From an uncultured archaeon (GTDB taxonomy: Archaea; Asgardarchaeota; Lokiarchaeia; Sigyniarchaeales; SOKP01): DNA of 19,521 bases. Numbering within the stretch: position 1 is the first letter of the stretch; each line of letters starts with the position of its first letter. Where the stretch lies: contig CAYLZE010000097.1 in assembly GCA_964388035.1 (NCBI GenBank), positions 1-19,521 of the forward strand, read 5' to 3'. The notes under the pieces are model-generated. The model searched no databases, had not been told where the DNA came from, and was given only the letters and a program-made list of their open reading frames with translations. Positions 1 through 8,733 of this stretch are shown here, piece by piece. The translations under genes were made by a program, and so were the position numbers.

Positions 1-248
1 AAATTTTTTATATGCGTGATGTATCTGCTTGCTATTATAGAAAATAAAAAATTTTCGGGAGTATATTGGATCCAGCGCTTTATCGTGCTTTTATCGGGTA
101 ATTGATAAAAACTTTCATCAACTTCTACAGTTGTAAATTGATTTGAATAATAACTTAGCATGTCTTTAAAATTAATAGAATTGGGATAAAAATCTCTCCA
201 GTGATTATATATCCATCCTGAAGTGCCAATATATACCAGTTTTTCCAC
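1..248 (-). CDS. DUF72 (YecE-like) TIM-barrel protein, 5' part (runs off window start)
   Basis: Not in the ORF track. Manual translation from GTG at 248: MEKLVYIGTSGWIYNHWRDFYP...LSYYSNQFTTVEVDESFYQLP...KRWIQYTPENFLFSIIASRYITHIKN. The IGTSGW, VExxxSFY and SRYITH motifs are typical of DUF72. SD-like GTGGTGA lies just upstream. Confidence 0.9.
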   Translation of the reverse strand, partial: MEKLVYIGTSGWIYNHWRDFYPNSINFKDMLSYYSNQFTTVEVDESFYQLPDKSTIKRWIQYTPENFLFSIIASRYITHIKN

Positions 249-332
249 AATTCACCACTTTTTTCTTATTTTTATTAAAATTCTTGTTATTTCCTCAATT
301 TTACTTAAAGTATTTTAATTTAACGTGAGAAT

Positions 333-2054
333 TTACAAATTCAAATGCTTCTTTACTTCTTTAAACCTTTTGGTGTTAAAAACCTGTTTTTTTTCAAGCC
401 AGCCTCTTCGGGCGGTGGCAACTCCTAATTCCATATACCTCATGTGCTCTGTATTATGAGAATCCGTGTTAATGACTATTTGTAAATCATATTTTCTTGC
501 TTCTTGACAGTTGATATCTGATAAGTCTAAGCGCTCTGGAAAGGAATTCAATTCTAATAAAATACCCAATTCTGAGGCAGTTTCAAATATTTTCGTAAGA
601 TCAAGGTCATAAGGTTTTCTTTTATTCAAAATGCGTCCTGTTGGATGTCCGATCGCATGTACATATTCATTATGCATTGCCGATACTAATCGATTCGTTA
701 CTTTTTCTCGTGATTGTTTGAACCCCGAATGGATACTGGCAATCACAAAATCTAAATCTTTCAACACAGTGTTATTAATATCCAAATTACCATCGGAATC
801 CACGTTGATTTCTGCACCAGAGAGTATGGAAATATCGCCTACTCCCTGATTTAGCTTGTTTATTTCCTTCATTTGTTCCTTATAATCTTTTGCATCCATT
901 CCGCGTGCTGCTTGAAGCGTCTTGGAATGGTCACAGATTGCTATATATTCATACCCCCTGTTTTTTGCTTGATTTGCCATTTCTTCTATCGTATTAGTTC
1001 CTTCACTCCATTTAGTGTGAATGTGTAAATCTCACTTGATATCACTGAGTTCTATTAGATTAGGTAATTCATTTTTCAAGGCGGCTTCAATTTCCCCTCT
1101 ATCTTCCCGTAATTCGGGCACCACGTAGGCTAAACCTAATAATTCATATATTTTGGCTTCATCATCTCCCGCAATTTTCTTGTTTTTTTCCTTATCTCGT
1201 AGCCCATATTCACTTAATTTCCAATCTTTTTCCAAGGCAATTTTTCGGAGCTGGATGTTATGCTCTTTAGATCCTGTAAAATATTGTAATGCAGAACCGA
1301 AACTCCCTTCCTCCACGATTCTTAGATCGATCTGCAGGTTATTTTCAATAATAATTGTACTCCGCGATTTACCTTTTGATACAATTCGTTTTATTTCCGA
1401 TAAACTTGTAAATGCATCCATGACATTATCTGGATTCTCAGAAATCACTAAAATATCTATATCACCAATTGTTTCTTTTTTCCTTCTTATCGAGCCCGCC
1501 ACCTCAATCTTTTGCACATCTTTTAGAGATTTAAGCTTATCCATAATCTCTCGTGAAATGGGTAAAATCTCCCCTAATAAGAATCTTTTTTGGGCTTCTT
1601 TATACATTTCAATTCCTTGCAAAATTTTTTTTTCAGACTTTTCACCAAATCCTTTTAGATCCTTCACTTTCCCTTCTTTGACTGCATTTTCCAAGTCCTC
1701 TAAGTTAGAGATATGGAGTTCTTGATAGAGTTGCATTATCTTGCGGGGCCCCAATCCTTGAATTTGCATCAATTCTTCAATCCCATCGGGAAATTCTTTT
1801 TTTAAATCTTGTAAATATTTCAATTTTCCCGTTTCTAAGATCTCTTCTATTTTAGAGGCAATACTCTTCCCAATACCGGGAATTTCATTTAACTTTTTTT
1901 TCTGATAATATTCATCAATATCTTCTGCTAAAGAATTTACATTTTGAGCCGCTCTACGATATGCTCGTGGTTTAAATCGCACGTACTTTAATTCAAGGAG
2001 ATCTGCAATCTCAAATAGAATATTCGCAACTTCATTATTTTTTACGTGACTCAT
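333..2054 (-). pseudogene. polX: DNA polymerase X / PHP-domain 3'-5' exonuclease (PolX-PHP), interrupted by one in-frame TGA at 1032-1034
   Basis: ORFs 1032..2066 and 333..980 share a frame and read through as ...LSDIK*DLHIHTKWSEGTNTIEEMANQA... PolX motifs: HhH GIGKS/GLGPRK/GFGEKS, GSIRR, GDIDIL, QIDLR, YFTGSKEHN. PHP motifs: HxH, DHS, HPTGR, NTDSH. Likely start is ATG 2054 after GGAG. Confidence 0.88.
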
Positions 2055-2507
2055 TTTTTGCTCCAACCATCTTTATGCACCATTTATTCTTTGTTGAAAT
2101 TAAGATTATATTCTTTATTAGGGTGAAATATTTTATTAATGAACTTTCTCCTATTCAGATTTTAGTTCTATTTATGATAAGAATTCTCGTTGATAACGAG
2201 AACTATCGTATTAAAAACAAATTTTTCTCCTAATAAACACCCCGCCTCAGAATTATTAATAATTTCCATTTTGGTCTTTAGAATTCAAGGGTCTTCCCTA
2301 AAAAGTTCTTGCTTCTTGAAATTCATGATTTCTTCTTTGCTATGGTTATAGACATTTAGAAAATCTATTTAAGCCTCAGAACTTTCTCAAATTTTTTGAA
2401 ATTGAGAGGAAGTTGTCGAGAAGATAACAAAGGATGCACATAAAAATAATTATAATCTGAGCAACTATACGTCCATAATGAATATCTAAAGAATTGATAT
2501 AATATAG

Positions 2508-2570
2508 ATGAATATTAAAATTGATCCTAAATTTAAATAGAAAATAAATACTCTTGAGCATCTAAATCGG
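2508..2570 (+). pseudogene. Decayed fragment of an RHH antitoxin, paralogous to 2757..2987
   Basis: Translates MNIKIDPKFK*KINTLEHLNR, aligning without gaps to IRIRIDSELKKKMDTLKHLNW of the neighbouring gene, with an internal TAG at 2538-2540. Confidence 0.6.
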
Positions 2571-2756
2571 AAGTTAAAAGGCATTAATAATTCGCAATAA
2601 ATTACAATGGTTAGTTTTGAATATATTCTTCACAAATTTTTTCAAATTCTTTACAGATATCATTACACCCTATAGTGAGTTCAAATATAGTTAAAAGAAA
2701 TGCAGAATTTAATTATATCGTGATATTTGTAAAATACATGAATACATTGATGTTAA

Positions 2757-2987
2757 ATGGTAAAGATTCGCATTCGAATCGATTCTGAATTAAAAAAGAA
2801 GATGGATACCCTCAAACATCTTAACTGGAGCGAAATTATTCGTAAAGCAATTAAAAAAGAAATTCAGAATGAAAGCGAGACGAATAAAGCTAAAACAATC
2901 TTGTTGAATGAAAAAATTCGTAAAAAAGCTCCTGAAAATTACAATAGTGTTGATATTATTTGTAAATTCAGGGGAGAAAAAAAATAA
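2757..2987 (+). CDS. Ribbon-helix-helix (CopG/VapB-type) antitoxin-like protein, orphan
   Basis: N-terminal beta-strand IRIRID then helices ELKKKM...NWSEIIRKAI, a pattern typical of archaeal RHH antitoxins; C-terminal SVDIIxKFR. No toxin gene follows. Confidence 0.75.
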   Translation: MVKIRIRIDSELKKKMDTLKHLNWSEIIRKAIKKEIQNESETNKAKTILLNEKIRKKAPENYNSVDIICKFRGEKK

Positions 2988-2998
2988 GGAAAATTAAG

Positions 2999-4090
2999 TT
3001 ATAAGCATTTAACATCAGTAGCTTTGAAATAAATGTATACTTCATCTCCAATCTTGAGATTAAGTGTCAAAAGAGAGTGTTGGGTAATCGTGGTTAAAAA
3101 TTTTTCTTCGTGACTAATGATTATCACGTGATAGATATTTCCAAAATCTCTAATTTCTGTAATCGTGCCCTTTAAGGTATTTTGATAACTGGTTTCTATG
3201 GGTGGATGCTTAGAAATGCCAATACTTTCCGGTCTTATGCAAGCTTTAACTTCTCCCTCCCTTGGAATAGATGCTTTAATATCCAGATCTTGGAGGTTGA
3301 TAATAGTTAAACCCGTATTTTGTTCGATTCTTGCTTGCCCGTGAAAAATATTTTCATATCCGATAAACATTGCCGTGAACTCATCTTTTGGAGATCTGAA
3401 AATCTCTTGGGGGGTGCCTACTTGCGATAGTGTACCGTTAATTAATACTCCAATCCTATCCGCAAACTTTATCGCTTCTGAGGGATCATGAGTACTCATG
3501 ATAATCGTTTTTTCATCCTCGTGTTTGATTTTTAAGATGAATTGTTCGAGCAATTTCACGTTTTGAGGATCTAAATTTGCAGAAATTTCATCTAACAGAT
3601 ATATTTCCGGAGTAATTATAAAATTCATTGCAATGACTACTTTTTGCATTTCCCCTCCAGATAAATGTCGTGCTTTCTTTTTTTCCATCCCTTCTAATCC
3701 TACTAAATCTATGATATTTGACACCTTGGAGTTTATTATTTTTTTGTCTACATCCCTGACGCGTAATCCAAATGCGATATTGTTGAAGACAGTGGTATCT
3801 AATACAACGGGTTTTTGCCTGACAAAAGAAATTTTCCTTCTATATTTAACTTTTTCTGCTTTCGAAACATTAGTAATTTCTTTTTCCTCGAAAAATATCT
3901 TCCCTTTATTTGGTGGTTCGAGTAATCCGAGAATTCTTAGTAATGTTGTTTTCCCAGTACCATTAGGACCAATAATTACAAAACATTCGCCTCTTTTAAT
4001 AGAAAAACTAATATTATCAAAAATATTGTAAGTTGAGCCATCTTTTTGAACAAAATCTTTGGAGATCTTCTCTACTTGCAGTAAAGTCAT
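2999..4090 (-). CDS. tupC: Tungstate ABC transporter ATP-binding subunit with C-terminal TOBE-like domain
   Basis: Walker A GPNGTGKT, signature LSGGEMQ, Walker B YLLDE, H-loop STH. C-terminal TSYQNTLKG...LNLKIGDEVYIYFKA is TOBE-like. Operonic with tupB/tupA. Confidence 0.88.
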   Translation of the reverse strand: MTLLQVEKISKDFVQKDGSTYNIFDNISFSIKRGECFVIIGPNGTGKTTLLRILGLLEPPNKGKIFFEEKEITNVSKAEKVKYRRKISFVRQKPVVLDTTVFNNIAFGLRVRDVDKKIINSKVSNIIDLVGLEGMEKKKARHLSGGEMQKVVIAMNFIITPEIYLLDEISANLDPQNVKLLEQFILKIKHEDEKTIIMSTHDPSEAIKFADRIGVLINGTLSQVGTPQEIFRSPKDEFTAMFIGYENIFHGQARIEQNTGLTIINLQDLDIKASIPREGEVKACIRPESIGISKHPPIETSYQNTLKGTITEIRDFGNIYHVIIISHEEKFLTTITQHSLLTLNLKIGDEVYIYFKATDVKCL

Positions 4091-4096
4091 ATTTCA

Positions 4097-4795
4097 TTAC
4101 CCCTTTTTTTCGGTTTGTAAATGAGTTAATGCAAAATTTAAAATAAAGGCAACGGTTATTAAAATGATTCCTAACGCCATTGCCATTCCAAATTGTCCCA
4201 TCTGAGTTTGTAGAACAATGGATGTGGTAAAAACGCGAGTTTGCCATCGAATATTCCCCCCAACTATCATTACAGCCCCTACTTCACTTATTGATTGACC
4301 AAAGCCAACTAAAATTCCGGCAATTATGTTCTTCTTAGCATCCTTTACTAATTCCCACCATAGTTCAATTTCGGTTGCACCCAAGGAGAGGATAGTTTCT
4401 TTTAAAGAGGGATCCACTGACTCTATAGCCGCCTTAGTAGTACCCGCCACTATGGGTGATGCCAGCAGAATCTGTGCAATAATCATGGCAGAGGGCGTAT
4501 AAAGCAGTCCTAAGGATCCAAGTGGACCACTTTTCGATAGCAGTAGGAAAACGAGCAATCCCATTATCACGGGTGGAAACCCCATGAAAGTATTCAATAA
4601 ATTTGTAATGGGTGTTTTACCCTTAAATTTACGTAATCCCATATAAGAACCAATGGGTAATCCAATCAATGCCGCAATCATTGCGGCAGTTCCAGAAACC
4701 CCCACAGAAAGGAAAACTGTGAACCAAACCTCCCTATCAAACGTAAATATTAGGATTATGGCTTGAACAATACCTTGAATAAATTCATTATCCAT
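4097..4795 (-). CDS. tupB: Tungstate ABC transporter permease
   Basis: Hydrophobic; NTFMGFPPVIMGL, GPLGSLGLLYTP, EAA-like SLGA and ISEVGAVMIVGGNI motifs typical of TupB. Confidence 0.92.
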   Translation of the reverse strand: MDNEFIQGIVQAIILIFTFDREVWFTVFLSVGVSGTAAMIAALIGLPIGSYMGLRKFKGKTPITNLLNTFMGFPPVIMGLLVFLLLSKSGPLGSLGLLYTPSAMIIAQILLASPIVAGTTKAAIESVDPSLKETILSLGATEIELWWELVKDAKKNIIAGILVGFGQSISEVGAVMIVGGNIRWQTRVFTTSIVLQTQMGQFGMAMALGIILITVAFILNFALTHLQTEKKG

Positions 4796-4904
4796 TATTT
4801 GTCATATCCATTTCTTAATTCTAATAACATCAAAATTGTAAAAAAAAAAGATATTTATTTGTATTTTAAAATCTCATTTTTTTATTAAAATTAATTCGCA
4901 ATAA

Positions 4905-5846
4905 TTATGCCAGTCCGGTATACCCACCATTATATTGGCTCCAAAAAGCTACTTCCGCTGAAGTGGTAGAACAACCAGTAAGGTCGTCACACACTCCAAA
5001 ATCTGGGTGGAAAAGAACTTCTCCTCCTACCGTGTAACTTCCAATTAGCTTCTGGCCCTCTTCAGAAGTGAGCCAAGCAATGAAATTAAAGGCCAAATCA
5101 TATTTTATATTAACATCGGGATGTTTTGCGGGATTAACAAGCATGACTCCATAAGGATTTAATAAAATTTGATCACCTTCCACCAATACTACAAGGTCAA
5201 CCGTATCTTTTTGAGAAAGCCAAGTACCACGATCTATCAAGGTATATCCATTATTTTGGTCCGTAATTGTCAATGTATTGCCCATTCCTGTCCCAGTTTC
5301 TTTATACCATTTATCAACAGCAGAATTAGGAGTAAAATGAATAAGATCCCATAACGCTAATTCTTTAACATTCGTTCCTGAATTATCACCTCTGGAATAA
5401 AATTCGATTAAACCAGCTTCTCCAACATTTTTGAGGTTGATCATTGCAGTTCTTATCCCCGCACCATTAATCCCTGCAGGATCTGATGCTGGTCCAATAA
5501 TGACAAAATCATTATACATGATGCATGCCCGATGTAGACCATCTCCTGATTTAATAAAAGCATCTTCGAGGGATCTAGCATGGACCATCAGTACATCTGC
5601 ATCTCCTCGTGATGCTGTTTCTATCGCTTTCCCGGTTCCGAGAGATAAGACATCAATTCTAATATTGTGCTCATTTTCATAAGGAGGTAGTAAGTAATCT
5701 AATAATCCCGAATCATAAGTTGAAGTTGTCGTTGCTAAAATCATGCGCTCTTTTGACTGCTCTACCGTGAAAGCTATGCCAACAGAGCTCCCAGCAATAA
5801 TAGCAATGATTATAACAGCGAAAACAATTTTCATATTTCTGCGCAT
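4905..5846 (-). CDS. tupA: Tungstate-binding protein of ABC transporter
   Basis: N-terminal hydrophobic anchor; TupA signature ATTTSTYDSGLL, GTGKA, DADVLMVHA, SRGDNSGT, LLNPY. Confidence 0.93.
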   Translation of the reverse strand: MRRNMKIVFAVIIIAIIAGSSVGIAFTVEQSKERMILATTTSTYDSGLLDYLLPPYENEHNIRIDVLSLGTGKAIETASRGDADVLMVHARSLEDAFIKSGDGLHRACIMYNDFVIIGPASDPAGINGAGIRTAMINLKNVGEAGLIEFYSRGDNSGTNVKELALWDLIHFTPNSAVDKWYKETGTGMGNTLTITDQNNGYTLIDRGTWLSQKDTVDLVVLVEGDQILLNPYGVMLVNPAKHPDVNIKYDLAFNFIAWLTSEEGQKLIGSYTVGGEVLFHPDFGVCDDLTGCSTTSAEVAFWSQYNGGYTGLA

Positions 5847-5872
5847 TTATTTTTCACGCTTTTTTTTTTTGA

Positions 5873-5903
5873 TTAGGTTCGATGTAGCTAAATGAACATA
5901 ACG
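5873..5903. promoter_or_regulatory. Candidate ModE-like operator (5880-5903), overlapping a DtxR-like 19-mer (5873-5891), in the tupA promoter
   Basis: CGATGTAG-CTAAATGA-ACATAACG has the 24-bp CG...CG geometry of ModE boxes. It lies between TATA-like sequences on the minus strand (about 5904-5927) and the tupA start. Confidence 0.45.
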
Positions 5904-6047
5904 ATATAATTTAAGTTTGAATTTAAATGTTTGCCCAAGAATTAATGGTGGAAGAAAATACAGATTAAAAGTAGTGAATATATATCCAAAATCCTTTTTT
6001 TCTTTTCATTTATAATAGAAGAAAATAAGCAGAATTAATGTTTCAAT

Positions 6048-6809
6048 TTAAAGATCCATGATTAATGCAATTGGACAATGATCGGATCCCATCACGTTTT
6101 CCAATCGAAAGCTTTGTTTTAATCTACTTTTTAATTCATCAGAAATAACCCAATAATCAATTCGCCACCCAATATTTTTACTCCGAGCATTATATCGATA
6201 AGTCCAGTAGGTATATTTTTCACCATCTTTTTCAAATTCTCGAAAGGTATCGATGTATCCATTTTCTAAAAATAACGAAAACCATTCTCTTTCTTCTATT
6301 GTAAAACCGGCATTATGTTGATTTGAAGCAGGATTGGCTAAATCTATTTCCTCATGGGCAACATTAAAATCACCTCCAATAATTAAGGGTTTTTTCTTTC
6401 GTAAATTTTCGCAAACAGATAAAAACTCGTTATTAAACCATTGTTTATCCTCTAAACGCTCTAAATTTCTACCTGCATTGACGAAATAGGCATTGATCAG
6501 GTAAAATTGTTCATATTCAAGAATCAGAACTCTTCCTTCTTCATCAAATCTCTCAACCCCGATCCCGTTTATAATGGACAAGGGTTTATTTTTAACATAA
6601 GAAAGAATCCCGCTATATCCTTTTTCCTCTGCAGAAGACCAAAAAGCTTCATAATCTGTTATATCTAATAATTTTGGATCAGCTCTTTCGGAATTTGTTT
6701 TTGTTTCTTGAAAAAGATAGAAATCTGCATCTTCACTATTCATGAATTCAATTAGTCCTTTCTTTACAGTGGAATTAATTCCATTCAGATTCCAAGAAAT
6801 AAATTTCAT
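6048..6809 (-). CDS. xth: Exodeoxyribonuclease III / AP endonuclease
   Basis: SWNLNG, QETK, GYSG, EGRV, GGDFNVAH, YTYWTYR, GWRIDY and GSDHCP motifs. Confidence 0.96.
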   Translation of the reverse strand: MKFISWNLNGINSTVKKGLIEFMNSEDADFYLFQETKTNSERADPKLLDITDYEAFWSSAEEKGYSGILSYVKNKPLSIINGIGVERFDEEGRVLILEYEQFYLINAYFVNAGRNLERLEDKQWFNNEFLSVCENLRKKKPLIIGGDFNVAHEEIDLANPASNQHNAGFTIEEREWFSLFLENGYIDTFREFEKDGEKYTYWTYRYNARSKNIGWRIDYWVISDELKSRLKQSFRLENVMGSDHCPIALIMDL

Positions 6810-7079
6810 TATTCTCTATTAATTGAAGTAAGGATAAAAAAGGAGGTTTAATATTTTATTAGAAGGTTTAAATAAGTTTAATAATCAAAATTAATGAAAT
6901 AATCTACAAGGAAGGGGAGTGAGTTCTGCAATCTTCTATATTTTATAAATATAGAGTTTTTAAAAGTATATCACTCTTATTTAACTGAGATTTATTTTTA
7001 AATATAAAAAAGGTAAATTGATACATTTATTATAAAAAAAGAAAAAACCAGTATAAAACAATAAAAACGAGGAAAAATC

Positions 7080-7370
7080 GTGTTAGAAAAACTATTAACA
7101 ATTGGATCTAATGGTTGGCAATATGAAAATCCAGACACGTTTCTTACACATACAAATCCTATTCTCTTAACAACAATTATTTTAAGTATCCTTATAATTC
7201 ATATCTTTTTGAGTGTTATTACATATAGAAATGCTAAAGGGAGATTATTGCTTGGGGCGGGATTATGGGCGGGATTAGTGGCTTTAGTGGGTATAATTGG
7301 ACTATTAATCTATTTTGTTTACGTTAAAGGAGTAAGAAAAGAACCTTTTTTAAAAATTCATTTCCAATAA
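7080..7370 (+). CDS. Small two-TM membrane protein (PLDc_N-like hairpin), hypothetical
   Basis: GTG start with GAGG upstream; two hydrophobic segments; YRNAKGR...LWAGLVALVGIIGLLIYF resembles the PLDc_N pattern. Confidence 0.65.
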   Translation: MLEKLLTIGSNGWQYENPDTFLTHTNPILLTTIILSILIIHIFLSVITYRNAKGRLLLGAGLWAGLVALVGIIGLLIYFVYVKGVRKEPFLKIHFQ

Positions 7371-7382
7371 TTAAGAATTTAA

Positions 7383-7890
7383 CCTAAGGAGAGAAGTCCC
7401 GGTGACTTGGCGGTAAGGCAGATGGCACGCAAGAAAAAAAGCACCGGAACTGCTCCCATTACCAAGGCACAGAAAGCCTTGCATCATTCCGTTCAAAACA
7501 CGGGCTTCATGGGACGTCTTGCCGAATTCTTAACCTACAAGGCGGAACAAGGAGGGAAGAGTGTACTTGGATTGGCAAGCAGCGTACCTCGAAAGCCTGC
7601 TGTAAGTGCGGAAAGCTTGAGCCTCGCAAGCGCCATGAAAGAATTATTGAGTGCGATTGTGGAAACCGAATCGACCGTCATGTGAACGCGGCTATTATCA
7701 TGATGGTCAAGTTCCTGGAAATGAAACGGTGCGGTCAGTCCGGGTTCCTATTGCATCCTCCCTCCGTGAACGAGGAGTCGTTCCTGAATGCGAATCAATG
7801 GAACGGCTTTTTAAGACACACAGGTCACCTCTCAATAGAAGCAGGACTACAATCGTAGGAAACCCCTCCCTTTAGGGAGGTGTAGTTCAT
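7383..7890 (+). mobile_element. Internally deleted IS200/IS605-family (tnpB) element relic
   Basis: Visibly GC-richer than its flanks. Right end GAAACCCCTCCCTTTAGGGAGGTGTAGTTCAT is a subterminal hairpin plus TCAT. Left boundary inferred after TTTAA (7378-7382). Confidence 0.8.
7401..7858 (+). pseudogene. tnpB: TnpB C-terminal half (RuvC-II, zinc ribbon, RuvC-III), 5'-truncated and frameshifted
   Basis: First frame: GDLAVRQMAR...FMGRLAEFLTYKAEQGGK. After a frameshift near 7560-7565: TWIGKQRTSKACCKCGK...RIIECDCGNRIDRHVNAAI, ending at TAG 7856-7858. Confidence 0.88.
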
Positions 7891-8016
7891 TAATTAGCTT
7901 TTAATCACGATTAAAAATTAAATTTCTTTGTTCCAAATTTTTTTCAACTGATTTTCAATTGATTCATTCAAATAATCGGTTTCAACACTGAGGAAGAGAG
8001 ACAATTAGAAATTAAT

Positions 8017-8256
8017 TCACGTTTTTAATTCTAATCTATTTATAATTCTGATATCCTTATAGAGTATGAGTTGTTGATTCCCATAATTTATATGATAGAT
8101 TCTCAAAATTCCTTCCTTTTTCGTAGTATCCAAAATTTTATTCAATATTTGTATAACAGAATTTCCTTTCACTATTTGGACATAGTTTACTTCGGAATTT
8201 AATCTCTTCAGCCATACGCCAACCAATTCAACTTCTTTATTCCTTGATAATTCCAT
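8017..8256 (-). CDS. Hypothetical protein (79 aa)
   Basis: ATG-started ORF in otherwise empty space with plausible composition; no recognisable motif. Confidence 0.3.
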   Translation of the reverse strand: MELSRNKEVELVGVWLKRLNSEVNYVQIVKGNSVIQILNKILDTTKKEGILRIYHINYGNQQLILYKDIRIINRLELKT

Positions 8257-8733
8257 GTATTGATACTTCCATGGATGTCTATTATTCTAGATTTAAAGAT
8301 GATGATTTTTTATTAATTGGATTTCACCAATTTCCTACAGAGATAAGAAAATGTTATATTTAAGTTTAAATTCTTAAAAAAATTATAAGTTTCTTTTTAA
8401 ATGGGGAAATGTAATAAGTTTGAGCGACATAAAAAGGCACTTTTTTTGATATTTCCTAAAAATTGCTTTATTATTAATAATATAAACTTGATGCTTTTGA
8501 GAGAGCTTTCATCATTTTCCCAATGATCTTTACCATATTATAAGAATAGATGTTTTAAGATGTGACATTTTCATTAGTAGCCAATTTCATGATCATTTAA
8601 AACCTTTCAAGTAAAGATATATTATTAATCTATGAAAGCAAATATGATGAAAAATAGAAGATAATCGTTAATTGATAATTGAAGAGTAGTTTACTTCCAA
8701 TTGGATTTTTTAAAAAATATTTGGTTTTGTTTA

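Noticed and set aside
249-1034. Selenocysteine or genome-wide TGA=Gly recoding to explain the polX TGA
   Set aside because: The position corresponds to Gly, not Cys, and no SECIS-like hairpin is visible in the 3' spacer (249-332). No other gene in the window has an internal TGA, and tfb ends in TGA at its expected C-terminus.
631-1725. Plus-strand ORFs 631..849 and 1153..1725
   Set aside because: Antisense shadows of polX with no motifs.
2376-2561. 61-aa minus-strand ORF
   Set aside because: Low-complexity AT-rich translation that overlaps the antitoxin remnant on the opposite strand.
3633-5682. ORFs 3633..4031, 4017..4247, 5169..5354, 5431..5682
   Set aside because: Shadow or alternate-frame ORFs inside tupABC.
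7407-7875. ORFs 7407..7685 and 7651..7875 as independent genes
   Set aside because: The first is the tnpB fragment running out of frame; the second is an off-frame reading of the same relic.
7899-7916. Palindrome TTTTAATC-AC-GATTAAAA
   Set aside because: Almost all A/T, expected by chance at this composition, and not near a clear promoter.
8299-8700. ATGATGA C-box-like motifs (about 8299 and 8644) suggesting C/D sRNAs
   Set aside because: No CTGA D box at a suitable distance downstream.
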